In this document: piece after piece, positions 28,400-43,006 of the stretch
Numbering within the stretch: position 1 is the stretch's first letter
Layout of the letters: each line of letters begins with the position of its first letter
Assembly (NCBI RefSeq): GCF_009914755.1
Contig: NC_060927.1
DNA length: 64,000 bases
Source: the human T2T-CHM13v2.0 reference genome, Homo sapiens
Reading direction: 5' to 3' (one strand)
The notes under the pieces: model-generated
Database searches by the model: none
Seen by the model: only the letters and a program-made list of their open reading frames with translations
What the model was told of the DNA's origin: nothing
Translations under genes and position numbers: made by a program

Positions 28400-29080
28400 C
28401 TCAGTAGCTATATAAAGGAGAAATTTCAGTATATAAAATCAGTTATATAGCAATAAGTTTAAAATCAGTCCAGAATGATCTAAATAGGAAAAATATAATA
28501 AAACTTTTGAGTGATTTACTCTCTATTCATATGCCACATTATTTTATATGTGTAAAATCTCACTAAATGAACTCAAAGCTCCTAGAACCAATAGGCAAGC
28601 AAAGCAAGGTCACAGGATATAAGGTCAACATACAAAGGTCAATCATGATCCTACCTAATAGCAAGGAAGAATTGGAAACTGAAACTACAATATAGATATA
28701 GACAGAGATATAAGTTGATAGATAGCTAGATTATCAATTAGAATAGCACCAAAAAATGTTGATGAAAAAGTTAAAGATTTTAAAAATTGAGAGATACGCC
28801 ATATTCATAGACTGCAAAACTCAGTATTAAGCTGCCAATTTGCCACTATTAGATCTACACATAAAATATAATCTAAATCAAAACTCCATGAAGTAAATAT
28901 AGACAAGCTGATTGTAAATTTTGTATACCAATTTGTATAACAGCTTTATTGATAATTTCCCCAAACTGGAAACAACAAAAGTGTCTGTAAACTCTGGCAT
29001 ATCCATACAATAGCAAACTACTCAGCAATGAAAAGTTATAAACTACTGATTTATGCAACAACATTGATAAATCTTATATT
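28400..29080 (+). mobile_element. Decayed old L1 (L1M/L1ME) ORF2 and 3' fragments
   Basis: AGCAAGGTCACAGGATATAAGGTCAACATACAAA; CCAAACTGGAAACAAC. Confidence 0.65.
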
Positions 29081-29328
29081 TCAGATCAATTGTTTTCCCT
29101 TTAATTTTAGTTCTCTGATAGATTCAAGAGAAATAGTTAACAAGTTGTCTTTTTATTTCTTCCTTTAGAAGTGAGAGCAAAGATTCTTTCCAGCTTTCCA
29201 CATCTTTGAATTGAAACGATAAGCCTCTGTCAAGTTTTAACTAGTCCTCCTTTACATGTTCCTTTATTTATAGAAATATTTCAAGTAACAGCTTTTGTTC
29301 TCTCCAGTTAAAAACTTTGTGTGATTTT

Positions 29329-29840
29329 CATGCTGCTAAAAAGACACATGCACATGTATGTTTATTGTGGCACTATTCACAATAGCAAAGACTTGGAACC
29401 AACCCAAATGTCCATCAATGATAGACTGGATTAAGAAAATGTGGCTCATATACACCATGGAATACTATGCAGCCATAAAAAAGGATGAGTTCATGTCCTT
29501 TGTAGGGACATGGATGAAGCTGGAAACCATCATTCTCAGCCAACTATCGCAAGGACAAAAAACCAAACACTGCATGTTCTCACTCATAGGTGGAAATTGA
29601 ACAATGAGAACACTTGGACACAGGAAGGGGAACATCGCACACTGGGGCCTGTCATGAGGTGGAGGAAGGGGGGAGGGATAGCATTGGGAGATATACCTAA
29701 TGTAAATGACTAGTTAATGGGTGCAGCACTTCAACATGGCACATGTATCCATATGTAACAAACCTGCACATTGTGCACATGTACTAGAACTTAAAGTATA
29801 ATTTAAAAAAAGAAAGTCTTAAAGAAACAGACAGAAAAAA
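29329..29840 (+). mobile_element. L1PA 3' end (5'-truncated) with 18-bp TSD
   Basis: ORF2 C-terminus (ORF-track 29358..29600) and 3'UTR; AAAACTTTGTGTGATTTT at 29311-29328 and 29841-29858. Confidence 0.95.
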
Positions 29841-32069
29841 AAAACTTTGTGTGATTTTGAATTTGTGTACCTTCTATTTCGTATCGTTATCTCCCTGTCA
29901 TGTCAACAAACTGGCCTTTGTTTTAAGCAATTACTTCTGCCACCCTAGCTCTGGTTCCAACAATGAACCTCAATCAATCGAATAAGGTGTTCAAAAAATG
30001 CTTAGAAGGTAAATTCAGATAAAAATCACAAAATAAATGTATTCAATTATAAGCATAAGGAAGTTATGTACAGTAATTAAAAAGGTGTTTTAACTTAAAA
30101 CATATCATTTTATTTAAAAACAAATATAAATTCTTAAAATTTCAATTATTAATATAAAGTTGTCCAAAAACTTTAAAACTTCATAAGCAAAATAATCCCC
30201 AAATTGAGTTGGATAGTCAGCAGGCAGGATGAGTTGTGAACACCAAAAGTGAATCATAACTGGTGATTGACACCTAGTGTAATTAGAACAGATTAATGTT
30301 CAACTACTCTCTTTAGGGAGTATTATGTACTTTGTCTCTGAAATGTGCATGTCAGAATTTCAAACATATGGTAGTTAAATCATGGACGTCTACAGTAGTT
30401 AAATCATGGACCTCAAATATGCACCTTAGGTTAAAAGTTACATGATTTAATATACTAGTTTTATATGTTACTTGCCACCAGGATGCAACAAAAAGACAAA
30501 AATCGAATTTTCACAGCGATAATGCAGAGATATTTCAAAATATTAAATAATAAAAAATGTTCTGCTTCTTTTAGAGGCCTGTGAAAAAACTAGAAAGAAA
30601 ACAGCCACATGGCAAGAGAAGAAGGAATGGAAGAAGGCTCTGGGAGGTGTTGAATTTGTTTGAGTTCTTTCTCCTAGAAGACAGAAGCAGGTGCAATAGA
30701 ACACAAATATAAAAAGGGAAGCCAAGGTTCCTGCCTGGGTCATAAAAAATACTGGATACAAAAGATTTTAGAAGAAGAAGGAGAAAACAAATTCAGGGGC
30801 AAGACACCAGAACCATTGGAAAGACCGATGGAGAGTTACGTGAAGAGCTTCCAGAAAATAAGGCATATACAAGTGCTAGTATTCCAGTCTTACACACAGA
30901 TGCATAGATAAATAAATAACATCACACATTTGCTAATAAATAGCACAGATGACTTTTTAGATGTATCTCTAGATGTAACGATTCTTAGAAGCTTCATACC
31001 CAAATTTCCAGATATCTTCAACAGTCTAAAGTAGAACTCTTTACCAGCTCCATCAAGACAATTCTTTATCTAGCTCTATCTCAATTGATATCTTTACATC
31101 TCCCCAAGCAACGTGAGCTCAAGACTTTTAATTCCTTTTTGTTAAGCGTTCTATATTGACACTTAATTCTGCAAGTGCTCTTCCTCAGTGTCTCATACGT
31201 AATTCTATTTATTTGCTGCTACTGGTATAACAATTACATTATTGTAATTGTTTCCTAACTGGTCTCCCAAACTCCAGTTATTCAACTTTTCTCTTTTCTC
31301 TAAAGTAAAACCACCCACCTCTCACCACAAAATAATTCAACTCATTATATGCCCAGTGCAGTAGTCCAATGATACTTAATGCCTGGAGGCGGAGAACCAA
31401 ATTTCTTAACCTTATTTTTAAAACCCTATACCTTTCATATTTGCCATTTCATCTCCCCTACTTTTCCCTTCATAACAATGTGTTTCATGCTTGTAGTATA
31501 GTGCTGTCTTAGCTTGTCTCATATTAAAGCTATCCATAATTGCTTCAATTGGTCATGTGAGACTGGAAATGCAGAGAGAGCCAGGACAATGCTTTCCTTG
31601 CCTTTGCTTAATTCAAAATGCTTTTCAGGATGTTTTATATACAGTAGAATATAGCAGTGACTGCCACTTGTATATCCATATCAATTCTCCCTTATCAAAG
31701 CTCACCAGTCAAAGTCTATACAGAACTCAAATGTGGTCAAACAAGGAAGAGCAGGGTCTCTTAGTAACAGGAAGTTGGAAGAGGCTTATTATAGGATTTA
31801 GACTTGTGCTGTGTGGCTATAGAGGCTAGAGAAAGGAAGGCTAGCTTTGAATTGAATAATGTCCAGAAGTAAGAGCAATTCAGTAACATAGTTGCCAGGT
31901 ATCATAATCTTTGTTCAGGACACTGGAGGAACAAAATCATGCTAGGGATATATCATTGGTAATAAAACAGCAACATACTCAAAAGTCAATTTTTGCAGCT
32001 ACAATATGGCCTTGTTAAAAACATGGTTTATTATAATCTAACCATTAACAGCTAATTTTTCATTTTCTC

Positions 32070-32530
32070 TCTTTTCTTTCTTTTAGTGATAGAACCACCT
32101 AAATTTAATAGGGTATGTGGCTGTCCAGACTATGCTATTAAACCCTTCATGTTGCTAATTTTGTGTATGTAGCTAAATTCTAGTCAATGGGATGAAACCT
32201 GATTTCATGCTTGTGACTTCCATAGTACATTTTTTTTTAAAAAAAGAAACAGCTTTCTCTCATTCATCCTTTACTTCATTCTATGAACCAAACACATATG
32301 TATTTCTGTAGGTCAGCTTTGACTATGTATTTCCTTGGAGATAGTGGAGTAAAAAGTTAGAAGGCTCATAAGATTCCATGACAACTTTGTGGAACATAGC
32401 TACCTGTCTACCCTAGATCGTTCACCTTCTTCTGAATAGTAAATGAAAAAGAAATAATCTATCTTCCTTTACCCAGTGAACATTTGAATCTTTTCATTAG
32501 AGTAGCTTGTTTCATACTCATTTAATAACA
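32070..32530 (+). mobile_element. Ancient ERVL-type LTR relic (LTR16/LTR33-like)
   Basis: Weak similarity: TTCTAGTCAATGGGATG...GAAAAAGAAATAATCTATCTT...TAATAACA. Confidence 0.4.
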
Positions 32531-32891
32531 TATGACAAGATATTGGCCATTGAATTATGAATTATAATAATAAAATGTTAAGTACCTCTACTATGGATCT
32601 AGAAGTTCTTAGTTGGATTATGTGCATTATCTATTACCTTCTTTGGCCTTCCATTATGTAACTTGCCAAGTATTTTTATGAATCAGGAAACTATTTGCAT
32701 AGATACACTGAATAAACATGTAAGACTAAGAAGAAATAATAAAAAACAAAAACCTTAAAAGGATTATAATATCATTATAGATAATTGTAAAATGAAAAGG
32801 AGTTTCACTCATGCTTTGTTGTTTGATGACAAAAGTCTTATTTGTGTTGTCAAATCTGCATTTTTGAAATGTGAACTGTGGACTTGGATGG

Positions 32892-33260
32892 TGCTATGGT
32901 CTGAAGGTTTACATCCCCTCCAAATTCATATGCTGAAATTCCTACCCTAAAGATGATGCTATTAGGAATTAGGGCTTTTGGGAGGTAATTAGGTCATTGA
33001 GATGGAGCTCTTGTGAATGAAAATAGTGCTTTTCTATAAAAAAGGCCCCAAAAAGAACCTATGCCCCTTCCACCTTGTGAAGTCACAACATGAATGCACC
33101 ATCTATAAACCAAGGATATGGGTCCTTACCAGACATCAAATCTGGCAGCATATTGATCTTGGATTTCTCAACACCCATGATTGTGGGAATTAAATTTCTA
33201 TTGTTTACAAACCACCAAGTTTGTGGTATTTTGTTACAGAAACCCAGACAGACTAAGATA
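32892..33260 (+). mobile_element. MaLR LTR (MSTD/MLT1A-like)
   Basis: TGCTATGGTCTGAAGGTTT...CAAATTCATATGCTGAAA...TTTTGTTACAGAAACCCAGACAGACTAAGA. Confidence 0.85.
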
Positions 33261-34874
33261 GATGGAGAAGAGCTGGTTGATTTCAAACATAAGTTCTTGG
33301 GGAACTTCCTCCCAGTTATATTTAAAAAACATTCTTTAATCTTCACTGAAGCAAATTGACAAAACAAATTGCTACCTAGTAAGTTTCAGTCATTTGATAT
33401 GTAAAAATTTTTTTCTGTATAATATTATCCATGCTATGAAATACACAAAAATTAACAACTAATGAAAATGAATGTCTGAGAATATTTATAATTATCACTA
33501 TAAATATTATAAATATAATTGAAAATACATTTCCTTCCTGAAATATTCCAGTCCTAAAATATTCAGCTTGTTAATAATTTTCTTTCTCCTACTTCCATAT
33601 TTTATTCTAGGAAATTTATTACAGAAAATATCACTTTTGGAATGTGAAATATTTGTTCACATATTGGAAACAGCTATTCTAAAAAGACTAGAGACAATAA
33701 GAAATTTAAACAGGACATGATTTCTCTGTAACGGTTATTAACTTATACATTCCTGAAACAGAAGTTTCACAAATAACAGTAAACATAAATAAAAATAAAG
33801 TGAGGCAACTCTGAAATTAATCCACTCTCCTTAGAGCACTGTGAGGCTTACCTACTTTTAATTAAATATTTGACAGAAACTTGTGGCCATATTTCTTTGG
33901 CAAATAAATTGAGAATCCTAAAACCAGCTTAGAAACTTGTTTTTTCTTCAAATTTCTCTAAGGTTATTGCTATACTATTAAAGTTAATTGGTAAAACTTC
34001 ATAGACCTGGGTGTTCACCAGACTCTCTCAAACTAATTTTTAATTCTAATTCTATGAAGGTTTTAACAATGATAGTAACTTATCAATGAAACAGGGATTA
34101 AACATTTACTTTATCTTTTCTTCACACATAAAACCTAATTGGAATAATATTTGTTAATTAACTAGCAGTTACTAAAAGTACATTTGAAATCAATTCAAGT
34201 ATAAATTTTTTGAAAGTAATGAAGCAGTCTCTATGAGTAAGCATCTCCAAGACGTGGACCTTTCTAATTCTTCAATCAAGATTACAGCAATCATCTTCCA
34301 AAACTCCTTTTTGTATTCATCCACATAATCAATTATTTCTAGAAACATAAGTTTTTGGGCACAAAATATGGGTTCAATTGCTTATTTAACTCAAATGTTT
34401 TCTAAGCCAATGGCCACCAACATAATCAAGAAACGCTGTCCAGCTCTAATATTCACATTTACCACAGTGTGAGATTTTTATGACCATTCTAACCTATCGG
34501 TATGTTAAATAATGCCATATCTGTATTAGGGAGAATAAATGAAAGAATAATATTCCCTTTCTACAATCACTGCCTCATAAACAATGTGTGCACTTCTACT
34601 GGATGCAAAAGTCTCAATTTATTAAACTTTTTATGAATAAATTGGAAAAGTGTTCAATTAAAATGAGAGAATCAGCCATTGTGAAGACATTTTATGTTGT
34701 TAAAAACTTCTTTGATGTTTTCAGAATATACAAGACAAATGTTACAATACTAGCATTGTAATTATTTTCCCCAGAATACGCAAAGTTCTATAGCTACAAT
34801 ATGACATCAGACTAATAGTTGGGGTTCATTTTAGGTTTACATTGTAGTACTCAAATTATATTAAAAGAAATCCT

Positions 34875-35201
<327 letters not shown>

Positions 35202-36935
35202 TCACCCATAATACATGAACCTAATGAGTTGTTTCACTCTTACCCAACAAAAGATCCTAGAAACATCTAATGCTGTGCTTTGGATAGGAACTAGGTTGCT
35301 GGCACAAAACTGAAAACACCACATCAAGACATGCTTTAATGAGAATAATATGTCAGCATCTTTCACAAATACAGAATTGTTAGGACTTTCTACTTTTTTG
35401 TTAGGTTAATTTGGCAACAGGATTTTTCAAAAAGTAGTTTATGCTTCAAAATGTCTAGATTCTGCCTTCTGCACAAAATTTAGAAAGTTGGAAAGGTCAT
35501 AAGGCTACCACATTTATAAGAAAACATTTGAATACTCTTCAAAATACAACTTTCCTTGAACCCATTTGGCAGTTGGAGTTACAGTAAAACTATTAACTCA
35601 AAATCTAAGTAAATCCAGAAGAACTCAAAGAGTTACAGGATATTAGCTCTTGTGTTCTTGAAGCAGATGGGCATTAATGCCATGCAAGTGAGTAAGGAGT
35701 ATGCCACTGGAACCTGTAATGAATTGCTAAAGCTGAGTGTGGGCAATCATGAGAGTGTGGAAACTCTGTCAGCCAAAGGCACAGGGGAATTTGCACCCAC
35801 TCACAAGTTCTCATGCGTAGAACTGCAGACTGGGTGGAGAGTTTTGTGAATCCCTCCCTTATGAGACAGTTTCAGTGGAAATATATGACTGCTACTGCAA
35901 GAAAAGTACAATATCCCACGTGCTCCCCTACAGAGCAAAGGCCTTAGGATGCTGGGAAAAGGTAACAAATCTGGTGTCCTTAGGACACAGGTGAAGACCT
36001 GAAGCTAGGGCAATGAAATAGAAACAAACGAACAAATACACAAAACAAAACAAACAAACAAAAAACTGTCTTGGAGAATGGGTAGAAATATGTTTTGGAC
36101 CTGGACCACCAGGAGGGTCTCCTTGCCACTGGGTTGGGACAGAATCACTGAGTAGACCACACCCTTGAGACCCAGGTACACAGCACCTGCTATAATGGAG
36201 GCCAAACTAGAACAGAGAACGACACCCTTATCAAACCAGGTAAAAAGCATTGAGAAACAGGGAACAGTAGTCTACTGTTAAGGGAATGGTCAAGAGAATG
36301 GAAAGAGATATTCTCTGAGGCACAGAGGAAAATATATGACCTAAAGCCAAGGGTCAGCAGATATCCAGAAAAACACACTCTGCAAGCCAACCATCCTTAC
36401 AACCACCCCTGCTTCAATCTTAAGGAGATTCTATAGATATTTGAAGCTTATAGTTCAATTAGGGTACTCATAGCAACAGCAATATCCAAACCCAGTTTAG
36501 CTCCTAACTAGAGTGACACGACATTCCACAACAAAGGCCTAGCAAAGGCAAAAATGTAACCATTTCCAGGCATAAGTTTTATACTTTTTACCTCAGGCTC
36601 CACTATCCTACAAAAGATATCCCAGTTTAATTTTGCTATCAGATTTATATTAATTATCCAACTATGCTAAATAATGTGTGCCCATAAAAACGTGGATGGT
36701 ATAGTATCCTCCTTTATTTACCTTATTCAGTAAACATATTAGTGATGGCACATTAGCTGATTAAAATGTATTGAGGCAAATTTTTGGTGATGCAATGAGA
36801 TACGTACATTCTATGAAGTTTTAATGCCAGAAGGTATACTACAGGAGAAATGCTAACCCGTGCTTATTTATGTATATATGTAGGAATTACAATTCTTCAT
36901 GCAAATTATTTTTACTTAAGACAATAAAAAATTCA

Positions 36936-37627
<692 letters not shown>

Positions 37628-38474
37628 TCAGAACCCGAACTGAATATAAACATTTTAAAGGTTTTTTTTTTAAACCTTTTAACATGGTCTACCAATTTCT
37701 GACTAAATCATTTAGAAAAACATATTAAGAAAATGGACAAATATTCCTGTACATAGATACTAAGAACTAAACTTTAACTATGATTTGGATTCAGTTTATA
37801 TTGCTATTTACTATAAAATCAATATTGCTTTGATAATTAAATTTTAGGTAACATTATCAAGCTAAAAACAATATTTTTGATCATCAACTTAGAAATGAGA
37901 CCTTTGACCCACATTCAAATGAACTTTTTCACCTCCCAAATTTGCTGTCTTGGTTTTAACTTTTTACGGCCTTTTCTTTTTTCTTTTTTCTTTTTTTTTT
38001 AATTAAATTGGTATATTCGTCTTCTTTGAAGAACATTGTTATGGCTGTCTTTAGTTTTCATATTGGCAAATTTAAATCAGAAGATACAAAAGAAAAACAG
38101 AGATGTCCTTCTAGAATTCAGACGGAAGTGATAAAGATATAAAACTAATGAAAGAGCAAATATTAAATAGAAACAGGAGAGATTAAACTATTGATTTATA
38201 AGTAAAAATAAAGATGTTGGGAGAGAGGGTTAAGAAGACACGACCCAAATGCCCCACTGAGGTGACATTTATGTTATGACCAGAATGACTTTAGAGAGCC
38301 AACCCTATGCAATTCTGGAAACAGTGTCAAAGAGAAGCCACCCCTGGTACAGACACTCACAACTGGAAGTGAATCTGCCAAAAGTGAATAAGGGGCCAGT
38401 GTGGCTGTAGAGATTCTGAGGGTGGGGAGCAGGAGCAGAGAGAAGAAGGATCCTGGGCCCTGGGAGATGAGGTT

Positions 38475-38925
38475 AGCGATCTGCTCTTCTTTGACAACAT
38501 CACCCCAAAGCTTAGCATTTTAAACAACTACTTAATATTTCACAATTTGTGTGGACCAGAATCAGCACCGCTTAGCTGGGTGCCTTTCCTCAGGGTCTCT
38601 GATGAGGCTGGGACTGTGGTCTCAAATGAACCTGGATTGGACGAGCTACCAGGATTCAGTGTGGACTGAATTACTCTCTGCTTGAGTTCCTCCCTGTCTG
38701 TTGGCCTAGGCACTCTCTCCGTTCTCCGGCATGTAAGCATCTACACAGGGCACCTTATAACATTGGAGCTCACATCCTCAGTTTGAAAAATACGACAGAG
38801 AGGCACAGAGAGAAACAAGAGAGAGAGACAGAGACAAAGACAGAGATTGAGGCAAGAAACATAGGACAGAGCAAGAAGGTGGAAAATGACAGCTCTTTTT
38901 GTAATGAAATCTTGGGAATTGCAAT
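38475..38925 (-). mobile_element. Old MaLR LTR (MLT1F/G/H-like)
   Basis: CACCCCAAAGCTTAGCATTTTAAACAAC...TCACAATTTGTGTGGACCAGAATC...GCTTAGCTGGGTG. Confidence 0.65.
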
Positions 38926-39240
38926 AGACAATGTTTTTCTCCCCAAAATGTACATGTGGAAATTTTAACCTTGAATGTAATGGTATTAGGAGATCGGAGT
39001 TAATTAGGAACTGAGGGTGGAGGCTTTATAATTAGAATTACTGCATTTATTTAAAAAAAAAAAGAGAGAGAGAGAGAGAGAGAACCCCCCCGCATTGTCT
39101 CTGCCAGGTGAGCATACAATCTGAAGTCTGCAGTCTGCAACTCAGAAGAGAGTCTTCACCAGAGCCTGACCGCGCTGCCACCGTGATCTCTAAATTCCAG
39201 CTTCTAGAACTGTGAGAAATAAAATTGTGTTGTTTACTAA
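38926..39240 (+). mobile_element. MaLR LTR (MLT1A-like) with internal (GA)n
   Basis: CCCCAAAATGTACATGTGGAAATTTTAACC...TTCCAGCTTCTAGAACTGTGAGAAATAAA. Confidence 0.75.
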
Positions 39241-39699
39241 AATATACATATATATTGCTTTATATGTAAAAATTTTAAACTTTAAATGAAAGGAACTTTT
39301 CAACCATTGATGTACACTTATAATGAGGCCACAAAGAAAAACGTACATGTAAGTATACATAACTACATATGTGACATATATATTCAATGTAATGTTATTG
39401 TATAATACAGAATATATGTAATAATTATAATAATCATATGTGTTATATATAATCAGTTATATAATTTAAAATATGTAATGTGTAACTAATATACTTATGT
39501 ATGTAGTTATATAAATAAATTCATGCATTTAAAACAGACTTACATAGCTGACTATATATTGATTGAATATACTATCAATGTGATTATACAGCTTATATAA
39601 AATATATAATGTGATTATATAATGTATACATAATTATATAAAATTTTGCATATTTATTATATATTTAATTTGCAAAGACCATGTGAAATTTTCATTTCA

Positions 39700-41340
39700 T
39701 GTAACATAGTTTTAATTTTCTTAATTTTTTAAAGTTTAACTTTTTTTGTAGTTGTTGGTTCATCACCTCAGTGTCATATCTACAAAGTCTTTGCCTAACC
39801 CATGGTGACTTAATTTTTATTAACTGTGTAAAATCTGGGAAGATTTATTTTTTGCATATGGATGTACAGTTTTTCCAGTGCCATTCATTAGAAACCAATG
39901 TATTCTTTCTCGATTGAATAACTTTCACACCTATATTCAAAATATATTGTCTATATAAGTGTGGGTCCATTTCTGGACTCTATTCTGTTCCAAAGATCTA
40001 TGTCTAGCATTTCTCAAATACTACACTATTTACTGTTTTAGAGTAATTCTTGAAAACTGGTAGAGTTCATCCTCTAGCTTTGTTCTTTTTCAAAATGGCT
40101 TTACTTATTTGAATTCCATATATATATATACACACACATACATGTTAGAATCAGTTAGGACATTTCTACCAAAAATTCCTGCTGAGATTTTACTTGTGAT
40201 AGCCTTGAATTTATAGATCAGTTTCGAGAGATATTACATCATAACAGTATTGAGTCTTTCAATCCATCAACATGGCATATCTTCCGATATATTTAGGCTC
40301 TCTGGTTTCTTCATTTAGAAGTTTTCAGCATGCAGATCTTGTTTATATTTTTTAAAAGTTACACCTTAATGTTTCTGTGTTTCATGGTGCTAGTGTAAAA
40401 TACATTTCTTATATTAAATTTTAATTTTAAGTGTTAATTATAGAAATACGAATGATTTTTGTATATTGATCTTGTATCTTGCAATTTTGCTAAACTCACA
40501 GAGTTCTTGTACCATTATTGATAATCATTGAGACTTTTACAACAATGACCACGCTGTCTGATTATAGAGTAAGTTTTATTTCTTCTTCAAAAATGTTTGC
40601 GTCTGTTATTTCTTTTCCTTGTTTTATAGCACTGAGACCTCCAAAACAATGTTAAATAGGGGTGATTTGACTAATCATTTTTGCCTTGTTCCTGATCACA
40701 GAGGAACCCTACAATCATTCACTATCTTAAGTAATGTTATTTATAGGGTTTTTCTTTGTAGATACTCTTGATCAGGTTGAAAAAGTTACCTTTCTTGTTT
40801 GGCTAAATGGATGCTAATTTTTACTTAAAGCTTTTCAGCTTGTATTAAGATGATCAAATTCCTTTTCTTTCTGTTAAACTGGTGAATTTCCTTGATTAGT
40901 TTACTAATGTTAGAAAAAGTCTTTCATTTATAGAATAAATTCTACATGATCATATGTATTACATGTATTATTATATATTTATCGTAACCATATGTATTAT
41001 TATATGTATTATTATACATGGATCATATGTATTATTATAATACATATGGTTGGTTTTATTTTCTAGTATTTTCTTGGGCTTTCATGTGTCTCTGTTCATG
41101 AGGATACTAGTCTCTAATTACTTAGTCTGGTTCGATATCTGTGTAAAGCTGACCTCATACAATAAACAGGGAAGTGCTTCCTCCTCTTCTATAATCTTCT
41201 TCCTCTTCAGTATTTATAAAGCATTGGCATTATTTCTTTCTTAAATGTTTGTTAGAATTTATCAGTGAAATAATCTGATCATGGGGGCTTCTTTTCAGCT
41301 ATATATTTAGCTATAAATTATTTTTCATAGATATTATAGT
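39700..41340 (-). mobile_element. Old L1M ORF2 fragment
   Basis: TTGAATTTATAGATCAGTTT...AGTATTGAGTCTTTCAATCCATCAACATGG...TTTTTGTATATTGATCTTGTATC. Confidence 0.8.
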
Positions 41341-41679
41341 CTAGTAGCTTATTTAGAATGTAAGATCAGATGTCATCATCCAATATAATGTACAAGATAA
41401 GAAATTTGAGTTCACTAAATTCTGACTGGAATTTTTTGTTCATCTATATGGTTTAGACTCATTAAAGACGGCATTCACATCTGAGCAACTAGAGTAGTAG
41501 TAATAAATTTACCAAGTGTTTGATTAAGTAAATTGATCATCACAATTTAAAGTAAAACTGCATAAGTTAAATTATGCATAGAGATACTGAAAAGATATTT
41601 AATAAGACTATGTAACAAATAACATTAATTTTTAATTTCCTACATAAATGAAAGTTATTCAAAATCAAAATTATTGCTT

Positions 41680-42070
41680 TATTTTATATATATATTATTA
41701 TATATATTATATTATATATTATATATATTATTTATATATAATATATAATATATATATCATTATATATAATCTATATTATTATATATAATATTATGTATAA
41801 TATATAATATTATACATAATATTATATATTATAATATAGATTATATATAAATATATAATATATTTATATATAATATATTATATGATATATATATATTTAT
41901 ATATAATATAATATATGATATTATATATAATATATAATCTATATTATAAATAATATATAATATTATTTATTATATATATATTATAATATATATAATATAT
42001 AAATAATATATAATATAATATAATATATATATTATATATAATATCATATATATTATTTATATATATATAC
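41680..42070. repeat. ~390-bp TA-rich low-complexity tract
   Basis: Almost entirely A/T, built from (TA)n and TAATA units. Confidence 0.96.
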
Positions 42071-43006
42071 ATTCAATTTTATGGATGTAAATTTACATAG
42101 CTTTGCTTTTTCCTGGGCAACTACCATTTATTGTGAGGTGAAAGTTACCTAAAATGTAAAACGTAAGAAAGGTTAACCATAAGTTAAATATTTTCTATTA
42201 AAAAAAGGAAAAGTCAAATAAATACTAGGCAGGTAATTTAGTTCAGGTAAACAGAGTAGGTTAATAATACCATTATCAATGCAGTTAAAATATTTTGGTA
42301 GATCAGTTTTGCTTCAAGATAAAACAGAAACACCTTGATTTCAGCCTTGGAGTCTGATTTTATTAAGAGTCGTAAAATAAGAAGAGAGGCAACTTCTATA
42401 AATTCTTGTTTAAATCACACTTTTCTTTCTTTACAATTTGCCACATACTTGTCATATTAATGACACCACAAAGCCCCTCAAAAACGGCAAATATGTCTTA
42501 AATGCATCCCTTATGTCTCTAAATTAGAATAAATATTTAATTAAGTAAATTGAAGTGAGAAAGTCAATTTTTTTTTTTAGTTTTCAAATATTTTATAGAG
42601 TAAGTGCAATTTTTGTCACAAATACATTATAATTTCCAAGAGACCTTCAGTTCTGAAAGCTAATTGCTATGAGATAGATTTTGTACTTTAAATTTATTTA
42701 TTCATCAATATTTAGCAACTTTTTATCAGACATTGTTTTAGGCACAAATGATAAATAGCAAAAATGACAATACTTTGCTTTACACAATTAAGTGGAGAAG
42801 ACAGCGAGACAAACAGTGGTTAAAATACAGTAATATTTAACTCTAATATCCTAAAGACTTAGTACATAAACATCTCAAATCCAATTATTTCCACCTCTCA
42901 CTCTGCTTTGTTTATGTTATTTTCAATTTATTTTGTTTTTGGTTACAGACTTTAATAAGTACAAAGGAATTTGTTGGAAACCAAAAGAGTTCGCATCCTC
43001 GTTTCT

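Noticed and set aside
35400-36640. GC-richer block with several short ORFs
   Set aside because: Probably a decayed L1M 5' region; cannot be classified confidently and shows no exon structure.
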